Part shown: positions 1-8,083 of the stretch, in pieces
Numbering within the stretch: position 1 is the first letter of the stretch
How the letters are laid out: every line of letters begins with the position of its first letter
Assembly: GCF_943193195.1 (NCBI RefSeq)
Contig: NZ_CALPDG010000043.1
Coordinates: 1 to 24,000 of the forward strand
Source of the DNA: Mediterraneibacter agrestimuris
GTDB lineage: Bacteria; Bacillota; Clostridia; Lachnospirales; Lachnospiraceae
Length of the DNA: 24,000 nt
Direction of reading: 5' to 3'
Notes under the pieces: generated by a model
What the model was told of the DNA's origin: nothing
The model's database searches: none
What the model saw: the letters and a program-made list of their open reading frames with translations, nothing else
Translations under genes and position numbers: made by a program

Positions 1-153
1 GCTGTTGAGAACGCTGTAGCATATGACTACAGTAATGGTTTTGTTGAGGGCACAAACAGCAAATTGAAAATGATAAAACGTACCATGTATGGCCGTTGTG
101 GCAAGGAGTTATTGACCGCAAAGCTTATATTGTCAAGTGGTGAATACGGATAA
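1..153 (+). mobile_element. 3' end of an ISL3-family transposase gene (last 50 codons; the 5' part lies outside the window)
   Basis: Frame 1 reads AVENAVAYDYSNGFVEGTNSKLKMIKRTMYGRCGKELLTAKLILSSGEYG, then TAA at 151-153. The N-G-x-x-E-G-x-N-x-K-x-K-x-I-K-R-x-x-x-G block is the conserved C-terminal signature of ISL3 DDE transposases. The sequence ttgcggaagaacccc (about 155-170) looks like the outer terminal repeat, so the element probably ends near 170. Confidence 0.7.
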
Positions 154-958
154 TTGCGGAAGAACCCCAGTAGTTCTGTCTGCACAGGTAATAAGATATC
201 TTTCACGTCTCATTTTTTTATTTCATTCCAGAATCGAAAGCCCAAATTTTGTACTTTTATTCTGTCCTACATATCAAACACATCCTTTTCCCTCTACCTG
301 TAATATAAATCGCACGTTTTACAATCAGTCCCTCATTACGTATATAAAAATGGATTGTTGTATCTATAAATATAACTACATAGATTTTTTACAAATAGAG
401 TTCCTGCCATTCTTTTACAATGGGAAGGAATTTTATTTTTATACGTGTTCCTGCTGATGATACTGTCTATAATATCAATTCGTAAAGTTCACACATATGG
501 TTTTCGATATCGCATGTTGTCATGCTTTTGGGATGTATGGAGATAATTTTTTTCTATGCATCCGTGTTCTGTGTGACTGTTCTTTGATATTTCTTGATAA
601 TTGTGATTCAAACTTATCCTTACAATCATGGGAAATGTGATCATAACGGATATGCATTATTTTGGGAGCTGTCAGACTCTTTATTACGATAATCATGCAT
701 GGAGTATTCTGATTCTTCATTTACTTCATAATATAGAGGCTTTTTAAGATGATAGACATGATATCTTACATAATGGAATTGACATTTATAGTTTTTATGC
801 ATAGGCAATCCGTATCTAATAGTTTGACAGAGATATGGAACTTGTCTGATTAAACAAAATCTAATTAGGGTCAAATAATAACGGAAAGCGGACAAAAGAA
901 AATAGAGGATGTAATTTGGTATATGATACATTTATCAAATAGGAAGGAGGACGATAAG

Positions 959-1063
959 ATGGCAAAAAAGAAAAAAGCTCAGTCAAGTAGTAAGAAAAAA
1001 AGTGGTTGTGTCAATATCTACATTGTAGAAGCCGGATACAACGGAAAAAAGTGGACAATTTAA
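959..1063 (+). CDS. RiPP precursor peptide copy 1 (34 aa): MAKKKKAQSSSKKKSGCVNIYIVEAGYNGKKWTI
   Basis: A strong SD (AGGAAGGAGG, 941-950) precedes the ATG at 959, and the stop is TAA at 1061-1063. It is a paralog of five downstream copies and sits upstream of rSAM/SPASM, protease and transporter genes. Confidence 0.8.
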   Translation: MAKKKKAQSSSKKKSGCVNIYIVEAGYNGKKWTI

Positions 1064-1075
1064 GGAGGAAAAAAG

Positions 1076-1183
1076 ATGTCAGAACAGAGAAAAGATGTAA
1101 AAAAGAGTGGTAAGAAAAAAGGTGGTTGTATCAATATTTATATTGTAGAAGCCGGATACAATGGGAAGAAATGGACAATTTAA
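1076..1183 (+). CDS. RiPP precursor peptide copy 2 (35 aa): MSEQRKDVKKSGKKKGGCINIYIVEAGYNGKKWTI
   Basis: SD AAGGAGG precedes the ATG at 1076, and the stop is TAA at 1181-1183. The C-terminal 19 residues differ from copy 1 by one residue (I/V), plus several synonymous changes. Confidence 0.85.
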   Translation: MSEQRKDVKKSGKKKGGCINIYIVEAGYNGKKWTI

Positions 1184-1196
1184 GGAGGAAAAAGAA

Positions 1197-1304
1197 ATGT
1201 CAGAACAGAGACCAGATGTAAGAAAGAATGGTAAGAAAAAGGGCGGCTGCATCAATATCTTAATTGTGCAGGCAGGCTATGATGGGAAAAAATGGACAAT
1301 TTAA
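1197..1304 (+). CDS. RiPP precursor peptide copy 3 (35 aa): MSEQRPDVRKNGKKKGGCINILIVQAGYDGKKWTI
   Basis: SD AAGGAGG precedes the ATG at 1197, and the stop is TAA at 1302-1304. The 20-aa C-terminal segment is identical to copies 4 and 5 despite synonymous nucleotide differences. Confidence 0.85.
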   Translation: MSEQRPDVRKNGKKKGGCINILIVQAGYDGKKWTI

Positions 1305-1316
1305 GGAGGAAAAAAG

Positions 1317-1421
1317 ATGTCAGAACAAAGAGATGTAAGAAAGAATGGTAAGAAAAAGGGTGGCTGTATCAATATTTTAATTGTGCAAGCAGGTTATGAT
1401 GGAAAAAAATGGACAATTTAA
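1317..1421 (+). CDS. RiPP precursor peptide copy 4 (34 aa): MSEQRDVRKNGKKKGGCINILIVQAGYDGKKWTI
   Basis: SD AAGGAGG precedes the ATG at 1317, and the stop is TAA at 1419-1421. It has one codon fewer in the N-terminal region than copies 3 and 5. Confidence 0.85.
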   Translation: MSEQRDVRKNGKKKGGCINILIVQAGYDGKKWTI

Positions 1422-1434
1422 GGAGGAAAAAGAA

Positions 1435-1542
1435 ATGTCAGAACAGAGAAAAGATGTAAAAAAGAATGGTAAGAAAAAGGGTGGCTGCATCAATATCCTA
1501 ATCGTGCAGGCAGGCTATGATGGGAAAAAATGGACAATTTAG
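1435..1542 (+). CDS. RiPP precursor peptide copy 5 (35 aa): MSEQRKDVKKNGKKKGGCINILIVQAGYDGKKWTI
   Basis: SD AAGGAGG precedes the ATG at 1435, and the stop is TAG at 1540-1542. Confidence 0.85.
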   Translation: MSEQRKDVKKNGKKKGGCINILIVQAGYDGKKWTI

Positions 1543-1555
1543 TGGAGATAAAACC

Positions 1556-1648
1556 ATGAAAGAAATATTGAATAAAAAGAGAGAGATGTTAAAAAAACAT
1601 TCAGGATGTATTAATATTTCTATAGTAAATGCAGGGTTTAAGAAATGA
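1556..1648 (+). CDS. Divergent RiPP precursor copy 6 (30 aa): MKEILNKKREMLKKHSGCINISIVNAGFKK
   Basis: The ATG is at 1556 with a weaker SD (GTGGAGA), and the stop is TGA at 1646-1648. It keeps the G-C-I-N-I-x-I-V-x-A-G-aromatic block but lacks the D/N-G-K-K-W-T-I tail. Confidence 0.65.
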   Translation: MKEILNKKREMLKKHSGCINISIVNAGFKK

Positions 1649-1683
1649 TGAATCAAAGAAAAGTAAGAGGTTGCAAAAAATGA
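1645..1683 (+). other. Possible truncated seventh precursor relic (12 aa): MMNQRKVRGCKK
   Basis: Its ATG overlaps the stop of copy 6 (AAATGATG). It has a basic N-terminus and G-C, then stops two codons after the Cys. No separate SD is present. This call is speculative. Confidence 0.2.
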
Positions 1684-1743
1684 GGTTTCAAAATGTTCTC
1701 TGCCATCCGGATGCGGTGGCAGAGAACATGGAAAGGGATTGAT

Positions 1744-2202
1744 ATGAATCAAAGTAAAAAAAAGACAATTATGTTTGCGGTATCAGCTTGCTTATTAACA
1801 GCAATTTATGTTGTATATAATACAATAGGAGTAGATCTTGGACAAAAAACTATTATGCATTTTATGACAACAACAATAGCGGGACCTGCGGTAATACTTA
1901 TTGTTTATGGAATTTTGGTCGGAAAGGGGAAAAAACTTGTTCAAGTGTTTCCGCAACTTATCGGAGTTTCCTTCGTAGTTTTTATAATTTCATGTACTAG
2001 TATGTTTTATATGTATAATACAGAGTACATTTTCCAAATGTTAAACAATACTGCAACAAATGGAAATATTGTTTTAAATATTAATGAATCTATTACCATA
2101 GGAACAGTGGTGCAGCAGGCATTAATTTTCTTAGTTTGTTCGTGTGTAGGAAGTGGGATCGGGAACAAAGCTATAGCTTTATTGGATAAAATTAAAAATT
2201 AA
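1744..2202 (+). CDS. Small integral membrane protein (about 4 TM segments), candidate immunity or accessory protein
   Basis: The ORF-track ORF is 1693-2202. I prefer the ATG at 1744 (MNQSKKKTIMFAVSACLL...) because GAAAGGGA lies just upstream. Hydrophobic stretches include FAVSACLLTAIYVVY, AGPAVILIVYGILV, LIGVSFVVFIISC and ALIFLVCSCVGSGIG. I recognise no family. Confidence 0.6.
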   Translation: MNQSKKKTIMFAVSACLLTAIYVVYNTIGVDLGQKTIMHFMTTTIAGPAVILIVYGILVGKGKKLVQVFPQLIGVSFVVFIISCTSMFYMYNTEYIFQMLNNTATNGNIVLNINESITIGTVVQQALIFLVCSCVGSGIGNKAIALLDKIKN

Positions 2203-2212
2203 GGGGGCTACC

Positions 2213-3082
2213 ATGCTAGAAATTAGAGGTGTATGTAAGGAATTTGGTGATAAAACAATTTTGAAAGATATTAATCTTACAGTAGAGAATGGGACTATTG
2301 TGGGCTTACTTGGGAAAAATGGGGCGGGAAAATCAACCTTAATTAAGTGTATCAATCAGTTATATAGATTTCAGGGAGAAATAAAAGTAAATGGAATTAA
2401 TTATCGACAGAATTCAGAGAAATATCTAAGAAATGTCGGAGTTTTATTAGAACCAAGCTACTATGAGTATATGAGTGCAATAGAAAACCTGAAATCTTAT
2501 GCTTCACTAAGTGGAGTTTCTTATAAAAATATCGAAAACGAAATGAAGGCTTTACTGGATATTATGGGGTTAGGAGATTCAATAAACAAAAATGTAAGTG
2601 AATTTTCTTTTGGCATGAAACAAAAATTAGGTGTGGCTATGGCTTTGGCAAAAAAGCCAGATGTGTTGGTTTTAGATGAGCCTACAATAGGTGTAGATCC
2701 GAAAGGATTGGTGGCAATGTTTGATATTTTGCGAGATTTGGCTAAGAAGGAGAATACTGCGATCATCTTTTCTAGTAACAACTTGAAAGAAGTCCAGGAT
2801 ATGAGTGATCGAATTTCTTTTTTGAAAAACGGAGAAATAATTCAGACGGTAGATACAGAAAAATTATTAGAAAAAGAGAATTCATATGTAATTACAGTTC
2901 AAAAAGCAATCAAAGAAAAAGAAAGGCTTGAAAGAAAATGTAATTGTGTCGTGAGAGAAAAACAGATTAGTACGGAAAATTATAAGGATATGAATATTGT
3001 ACTAAACTATTTGATCAATACGGATAATCCTATCTTAAATGTTGAACGGGAAAATCACTTTTTGAAAAAGTTTTACGAATAA
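2213..3082 (+). CDS. ABC transporter ATP-binding protein
   Basis: Walker A is GKNGAGKST, the ABC signature-like motif is FSFGMKQKLG, and Walker B is VLVLDEPT. SD AAGGGGG precedes the ATG. Confidence 0.9.
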   Translation: MLEIRGVCKEFGDKTILKDINLTVENGTIVGLLGKNGAGKSTLIKCINQLYRFQGEIKVNGINYRQNSEKYLRNVGVLLEPSYYEYMSAIENLKSYASLSGVSYKNIENEMKALLDIMGLGDSINKNVSEFSFGMKQKLGVAMALAKKPDVLVLDEPTIGVDPKGLVAMFDILRDLAKKENTAIIFSSNNLKEVQDMSDRISFLKNGEIIQTVDTEKLLEKENSYVITVQKAIKEKERLERKCNCVVREKQISTENYKDMNIVLNYLINTDNPILNVERENHFLKKFYE

Positions 3083-3103
3083 AGAGGGAGGGAATTGGAG
3101 TTT

Positions 3104-3862
3104 ATGATTGGTTTGGTAAAGTTAGAATTAAAGAAAATATTTTCTAAAAAGGATATCATGATTATTAGTTCAATTTTGATTTTATCCCCGTTAGTGTTCG
3201 GGATTTGTATGGTAAATCGGATTGCAGGTCTGAATTTTAACGGTCAAATTACGATAGATGCCTATGGCATTATGATTTGGAGTTTTCTAAAGTATTTGTT
3301 TGTGTTGTATTTGATGCCAATATATTTAGTATGTTGTTTTGTTGGTAAGGAGATTGAGAGCAGAAGTATAAACATAATGTTATCAAATTACGATAGAAAA
3401 AAAGTTTTCGCGGCGAAGATGATGACATATTTGATAACAATTATAATCTTTTTTGTGCTTTTTCATATAGTAAGTATGTTGACATTTTCAGGTTTGATAC
3501 ACAATACAGAATTTGCTCTCGCAGGTTCGGGAAATACTTTAACAAGAAATTTTTTTCTGTATTTGTTTCAGTGGTTAGAACTTTTATTTGTAGCTATTAT
3601 TTCATATCTTTTATGTTGTGCGATAAAGGGAAATGCCGTATTAGTATTGGGAATAGGAGTTATTATTCTTCAGAAAATAGTAGTAAATATTGAAGGTGTA
3701 AGGCGTTTTTTACCATTCTATATTTCAGATTTTAATTACTATAGTATGATACCAGATGGCGTGCTAATGAATACTAATATAATATCATGCATTATTTATA
3801 CAATTATAATTATGGCAACTTTCTGCATCGCATTAAAAATGTGGAGCAGAAAAGACTTTTAA
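3104..3862 (+). CDS. ABC-2 type transporter permease (partner of the 2213-3082 ATPase)
   Basis: This is a polytopic membrane protein (about 6 TM) directly after the ATPase. The ORF track starts at TTG 3095, but the ATG at 3104 sits about 11 nt after GGGAGGG and is preferred. The family assignment comes from context and topology only. Confidence 0.7.
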   Translation: MIGLVKLELKKIFSKKDIMIISSILILSPLVFGICMVNRIAGLNFNGQITIDAYGIMIWSFLKYLFVLYLMPIYLVCCFVGKEIESRSINIMLSNYDRKKVFAAKMMTYLITIIIFFVLFHIVSMLTFSGLIHNTEFALAGSGNTLTRNFFLYLFQWLELLFVAIISYLLCCAIKGNAVLVLGIGVIILQKIVVNIEGVRRFLPFYISDFNYYSMIPDGVLMNTNIISCIIYTIIIMATFCIALKMWSRKDF

Positions 3863-3878
3863 AAAGGAGAATAACAAT

Positions 3879-5090
3879 ATGTATCAAATGTGTAAGGCGG
3901 TAGCATTCATTGAACTGGATTCAGAAAGATATTTGGCGGATTTTGAAAGTGGTGCACTTATTAAAATGAGTGATAAAAGAGAAAAAATTTTAGGAGAGAA
4001 TATTCAGGGAAAATATTATGAAAAAGGAGACTTTTCCGAAGATCCTCTGTTATTTGCTGAGTTAGAAGATGGTGGATATTTTCAAGAAGTTATCCAACCA
4101 TTGTCTACGGCTTATGTTCATGTAACAAACATTTGCAATTTAAATTGTATTGGCTGCTATTCTTATGATAGAACCAGAAATTGTACAGATAAATTGACAT
4201 TAGAAAATTACTCCTATATTTTATCTGAATTGGCGAAAAATGGTGTGGAAACAGTGACCATTTCTGGTGGGGAACCATTAATTCGAAAGGATATTATTGA
4301 GATATGTAGATATGCAAAAGATAAAGCAAAAATTTCTGTGTTAAATCTGATAACGAATGGAACTTTGTATAATGAAGAGCAGATAAAACAGCTTAAAAAG
4401 TATGTAGATGCTTTAGCAGTATCTATTGACGGATATAGTACGGAAAACTCTCAATTTTTGCGAGATGCCGGGAGTTTTCAGAAAGCAGTTGAATTTGTAC
4501 GGAGGGTCAAGGAATTAGGATTGCCAGTTTCGATATTGCCTACATTACATAAGAAGAATATCAAGGCTATTGGAGAATACATGAAATTAAGTCGTGAACT
4601 TCAAGTGCCAATTAGCTTTAGTTTGCTTACATGCTCAGGGGAATTGAAAGATTTTATACCTACAGATCAAGATTTGAGTTTTCTTGCTGAGTATTTGTGT
4701 GAATATATGAAAAATGGTGTTGTTCCTTTACAGGATTATTCGGAACTTGAGGCTCGAAAGAGCTGTGGTGCAGGAAGTAGCATTATTAGTGTAACGTCGG
4801 AAGGAGACATATATCCATGTCATATGATGCATGATACAAATACAGTTATGGGGAATATTTTAGAAAGACCGTTAAAAGAAATTCTATATAATGCAAAACC
4901 GCTTCCAAACGTAGAAGATATTGAAAAGTGTCAAAACTGTGAGATGAAATATCTATGTGGAGGGGGATGTAAGGCAAGAGCATTGTTGATTAATGGCAGT
5001 TGGGAAAAACCTGATCCATATTGCAGTCTAAACATGGACTTTTACAAAAGATTCTTAAAGGAGAAAAGGAATAGTGAAAAAAGAAAATAG
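3879..5090 (+). CDS. Radical SAM enzyme with C-terminal SPASM domain (RiPP maturase candidate)
   Basis: The CNLNCIGC motif gives CxxxCxxC (C86, C90, C93; nt 4134-4157), with SGGEPL downstream. The full SPASM pattern is present: C-x12-G-x4-C (CGAGSSIISVTSEGDIYPC), then C-x2-C-x5-C-x3-C (CQNCEMKYLCGGGC) and a later DPYC. An extension of about 85 aa precedes the rSAM core and has the size of an RRE/PqqD-like peptide-binding domain. Confidence 0.9.
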   Translation: MYQMCKAVAFIELDSERYLADFESGALIKMSDKREKILGENIQGKYYEKGDFSEDPLLFAELEDGGYFQEVIQPLSTAYVHVTNICNLNCIGCYSYDRTRNCTDKLTLENYSYILSELAKNGVETVTISGGEPLIRKDIIEICRYAKDKAKISVLNLITNGTLYNEEQIKQLKKYVDALAVSIDGYSTENSQFLRDAGSFQKAVEFVRRVKELGLPVSILPTLHKKNIKAIGEYMKLSRELQVPISFSLLTCSGELKDFIPTDQDLSFLAEYLCEYMKNGVVPLQDYSELEARKSCGAGSSIISVTSEGDIYPCHMMHDTNTVMGNILERPLKEILYNAKPLPNVEDIEKCQNCEMKYLCGGGCKARALLINGSWEKPDPYCSLNMDFYKRFLKEKRNSEKRK

Positions 5091-5730
5091 AGTTGAACAA
5101 TATTTAATGGCGGGAATTCATATTGCTATATATTGCATTTTGCCTATGATTGGATTTATGACTTGGGTTCTTTGTGTACCAATTCTATTCTATGGTGGGA
5201 TGATGACCAGTGTTGATGATGCTCAAGGATTGGGACAAACATTACTTGTTTTTTCAGCTCCAATGCTACTATTTTTTGCAGTGATACCGGTTCTTTTTCA
5301 ACTGAGAAGGGTTTCAGTAAGGGAATTAGGGATAAAGTTCAGCTATGATAAAAAAAATATAGTAGTTTTTGGAATTAACTGTTTTATTGTAATAATACTC
5401 CTTGGAAGACTGGTACTGAATTTTAATTCTCCATTGGATGCACTTCCTATAGTATTTCAATTATGTGTGATAGGTATTTCTGAAGAAATCCTTTGTAGAG
5501 GTATTATATATCATGAAATTGAGAGCGGATTTGGAAATAAGTGGTTTGCAGTAATTCTTAGTTCTATGATTTTTGCGTTCTTATTTCATTCAGGGGATAC
5601 AGATTTAGCCAATTTGGCAATTAGATTTCCTCTTGGATTAGCACTTGCACTGGTGCGTTGCTATACTGGAAATGTATATAGTAGCATTATGATGCATATT
5701 TGGTATAATTCCTGGATGTTTATACTGTAA
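5074..5730 (+). CDS. CPBP-family (CAAX/Abi) intramembrane glutamic protease
   Basis: Motifs are EEILCRG (EExxxR), FAFLFH (FxxxH) and HIWYN (HxxxN) in a polytopic membrane protein. The GTG start overlaps the rSAM gene by 17 nt, which suggests translational coupling. Confidence 0.8.
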   Translation: MKKENRVEQYLMAGIHIAIYCILPMIGFMTWVLCVPILFYGGMMTSVDDAQGLGQTLLVFSAPMLLFFAVIPVLFQLRRVSVRELGIKFSYDKKNIVVFGINCFIVIILLGRLVLNFNSPLDALPIVFQLCVIGISEEILCRGIIYHEIESGFGNKWFAVILSSMIFAFLFHSGDTDLANLAIRFPLGLALALVRCYTGNVYSSIMMHIWYNSWMFIL

Positions 5731-5744
5731 GGAGGAAAGAGCCT

Positions 5745-7451
5745 GTGAGGATACTATATCAATATCTATTTAAATTCAAAACATTAAGTGGAGCAAGAAT
5801 TTTAACAAATGTTTGTAAGGCGGCTTGTACAGTATATTTGTCTATTATTTTAGGCAATGTATTAGATGGCTTGGCAAATTCAGATGTATCGATGTTGACT
5901 GCTGCTGTCCTCAGATGCGTAGTATTGCTATTCTTCTTTGTTGTAGTATCAGGGCTGGATATATGGGTAACAACTTTACAAACAAAGAAAATATTAAATT
6001 ATATAAAACATGATATTTTTTCTAAAATAATTTCTGGAAGTATCGAGAAGTATAGAAGCATGCATAGTGGAAAATATCTATCTATTTTAAATAATGATAT
6101 TTCTACCATAAATGAAGAATTTATCACTAATTTTTTTGATTTAATTTTTCAGATTTTGTCATTTGCAATTTCTTTAGTAATAATGCTACGAATTAATATA
6201 GTAGTGACAGGCATTATTTTGGGAATATCAATGTTAAGCATGTATGTTGTATCAAAGATTTCAGATAAGCTGATGAGACAGCAAGTTAAATTATCTGAAA
6301 GCCTTGAAAATGTGACAAAATTAGCTGCAGATATTTTCTCAGGGATACTGGTTATAAAAAATTATAATTTAACTAGTAAAATAGAGGAAATGTATTATAG
6401 TAATGATCAAGCAGTAGAGGATAATAGAGAAAAGTATTCTATTATGATAGGTGTGATAAATATATTGATGGTTTGTTTTAGTATGTTAATTTATTTGACA
6501 ATCGTTGTATTTTGTGCCACTTCAGTGATGAATGCCACATTATCTGCTGGAACAGCTTTGATTATTCTGCAGTTAAGTAGTAATTTGACCGAACCGATAA
6601 ATGAAATTATTTCCATTGGAAGTGCAATGAATTCTGTAAAAGGAATTGGAGAGAAAATACAGAAAATATATATGGAAAATGGTGATGAAACCGGAACCAT
6701 ACATAAAGATGTATTTAATAAATCAATTAATATTCATGGTTTGGAATTTGGGTATAATCCGGAGGATAATCTAGTTTTAAATGGTGTCGATTTAGAATTT
6801 TGTAAAGGGAAAAAATATGCGATTGTTGGGGAAAGTGGTTCAGGAAAAACTACGCTGATTAAATTGCTTTTAAAGTATTATAACAAGTATAGTGGAAAAA
6901 TTTTGATTGATGAAACAGATATTCGTACTATTGATATTAACGATTATTGTAGTCTTATTTCTTCAATGGAGCAAGATACTTTTATTTTTGATGAAACTTT
7001 GTGGGACAATATTTGTCTGTATTCAGATTATACAGAACAAGAGGTAAAAAAGGCGGTATTACAGGCTGGTTTAACATCTGTAGTAGAACGGCTTCCAGAC
7101 GGTCTTCAAACAATGTTAGGTGAAGGAGGTTCAAATCTTTCAGGAGGAGAATGCCAACGTGTTGCTTTTGCAAGACTTTTATTAAAAAAGACGCCAATAC
7201 TGCTTTTGGATGAGGCTACAGCAAATTTAGATAATGAAATGGCAGTAAAGATTGAGAGACTAGTTTTAGAAAATAAAAACCTAACATTGGTTTCTATTAC
7301 ACATAAATTAATTAAACAAGTTCTGCAGCAGTACGATGAGATTATTGTTTTGAAAAAAGGGATTGTGATCGAAAAAGGAAGTTTCAATCAGTTAATGCAA
7401 AAACAAGGATACTTTTTTAATTTGTACAATGTGCAGACAATGGAGGCATAG
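5745..7451 (+). CDS. ABC exporter, fused 6-TM permease plus ATPase; no N-terminal C39 peptidase domain
   Basis: The N-terminal half is hydrophobic. The C-terminal half carries GESGSGKTT (Walker A), LSGGECQRVAFAR (signature) and LLLDEATANLD (Walker B). The protein is 568 aa and starts directly with TM segments. Confidence 0.9.
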   Translation: MRILYQYLFKFKTLSGARILTNVCKAACTVYLSIILGNVLDGLANSDVSMLTAAVLRCVVLLFFFVVVSGLDIWVTTLQTKKILNYIKHDIFSKIISGSIEKYRSMHSGKYLSILNNDISTINEEFITNFFDLIFQILSFAISLVIMLRINIVVTGIILGISMLSMYVVSKISDKLMRQQVKLSESLENVTKLAADIFSGILVIKNYNLTSKIEEMYYSNDQAVEDNREKYSIMIGVINILMVCFSMLIYLTIVVFCATSVMNATLSAGTALIILQLSSNLTEPINEIISIGSAMNSVKGIGEKIQKIYMENGDETGTIHKDVFNKSINIHGLEFGYNPEDNLVLNGVDLEFCKGKKYAIVGESGSGKTTLIKLLLKYYNKYSGKILIDETDIRTIDINDYCSLISSMEQDTFIFDETLWDNICLYSDYTEQEVKKAVLQAGLTSVVERLPDGLQTMLGEGGSNLSGGECQRVAFARLLLKKTPILLLDEATANLDNEMAVKIERLVLENKNLTLVSITHKLIKQVLQQYDEIIVLKKGIVIEKGSFNQLMQKQGYFFNLYNVQTMEA

Positions 7452-7465
7452 ACGGAGGAGCGCAT

Positions 7466-8083
7466 ATGTATCACATAATAACAATTAAATTTTTAGAAAG
7501 TTTTTTTGGAAAAACTAATATGAGAAATAACAGATTATGGGAAAAATATGTGGAATATTTTTTACCATTAATTCTGAATACGATGGTGGCTTCTGGAATT
7601 GGTCATACATTTGAAATAGAAATAGAAATGATTATCTTTAGTATATTTTATACGGTTCTTAGGACGAGTAATGGCGGAAATTATTATAAAATAAATGTGA
7701 AAAATACTCTATTTTTCTGGAGTTCTGCGGTAGTAGTACTTAAAAGCATACCACATATAATAGCAGCTGAATATGGAAAGATTTTGCTTTTAACATTTAT
7801 TTTGGGAAGTTTAGCAATTGTATTTATTTTTTTGCCAGTATCAATTCGGCAAAGAGAATTTCCAAAGAATGTACGAAAGACAATTTTAAAAATGAGTTAT
7901 GCGGTAATATTGTTAGAAAGCCTTCCCTTACTGATTGGAACATTTTTTTGTATAAATAGATTTATTGTAGCAGCTGTGTCAGGTGTTTTGCTACAGAGTA
8001 TTTCGCTGATTTGGGTTCGGGAAAGAGAATGGAAAATGACTACTTTATATAATAAAACAGAAAGGTGTGGGATATGTGAATAA
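7466..8083 (+). CDS. Polytopic membrane protein with AgrB-like layout but lacking the catalytic His/Cys pair
   Basis: LRTSNGGNYYKINVKNT aligns by eye with the AgrB LR..GG.HA......C block, with Y replacing H and no Cys. FLPVSIRQREFPKNVRKTILKMSY resembles the basic cytoplasmic loop of AgrB ([21 protein letters not shown]). The family call is tentative. Confidence 0.35.
   Translation: MYHIITIKFLESFFGKTNMRNNRLWEKYVEYFLPLILNTMVASGIGHTFEIEIEMIIFSIFYTVLRTSNGGNYYKINVKNTLFFWSSAVVVLKSIPHIIAAEYGKILLLTFILGSLAIVFIFLPVSIRQREFPKNVRKTILKMSYAVILLESLPLLIGTFFCINRFIVAAVSGVLLQSISLIWVREREWKMTTLYNKTERCGICE

Larger units (their letters stand above)
941..1648 (+). repeat. Tandem array of six units of about 117-121 bp, each consisting of a Shine-Dalgarno site plus a small precursor-peptide gene
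   Basis: ATG starts fall at 959, 1076, 1197, 1317, 1435 and 1556. Copies 2-5 are each preceded by the same TTTAAGGAGGAAAAA(G/A)A(A)ATG junction. Copy 1 has AGGAAGGAGG upstream and copy 6 has GTGGAGATAAAACC. Confidence 0.9.

Noticed and set aside
401-442. Imperfect hairpin plus T-run (TTCCTGCCATT...AATGGGAAGGAATTTTATTTTT) as a terminator
   Set aside because: The stem needs a mismatch and a bulge, and no upstream gene ends there. The evidence is too weak to annotate.
137-931. ORF-track ORFs 137-457 (+), 520-720 (-) and 641-931 (-) in the 800-bp gap between the ISL3 end and the precursor array
   Set aside because: The translations are low-complexity and rich in Tyr, His, Ile and Phe, as expected for random AT-rich frames. 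None has an SD, recognisable motifs or operon context. The minus-strand ORFs also overlap each other. I treat the region as non-coding, possibly promoter or leader for the RiPP operon. I could not find a convincing -35/-10 pair. The TTGACA hexamers at 779 and 824 have poor -10 partners.
941-1648. The 120-bp periodic repeat could be a CRISPR array or a non-coding satellite
   Set aside because: Each unit contains an SD, an ATG and a stop codon and encodes a paralogous peptide. Variation is concentrated at synonymous sites. There is no alternation of short invariant repeats with unique spacers.
1498-1752. 84-aa minus-strand ORF
   Set aside because: It is antisense to precursor copies 5-6 and to the start of the membrane-protein gene. 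It has no SD or motifs and is an artefact of the repeat.
5825-7387. Internal ORFs 5825-6013 (+), 6491-6700 (-), 6982-7197 (-) and 7106-7387 (-)
   Set aside because: They lie inside the ABC exporter gene, which has unambiguous Walker and signature motifs in its own frame.
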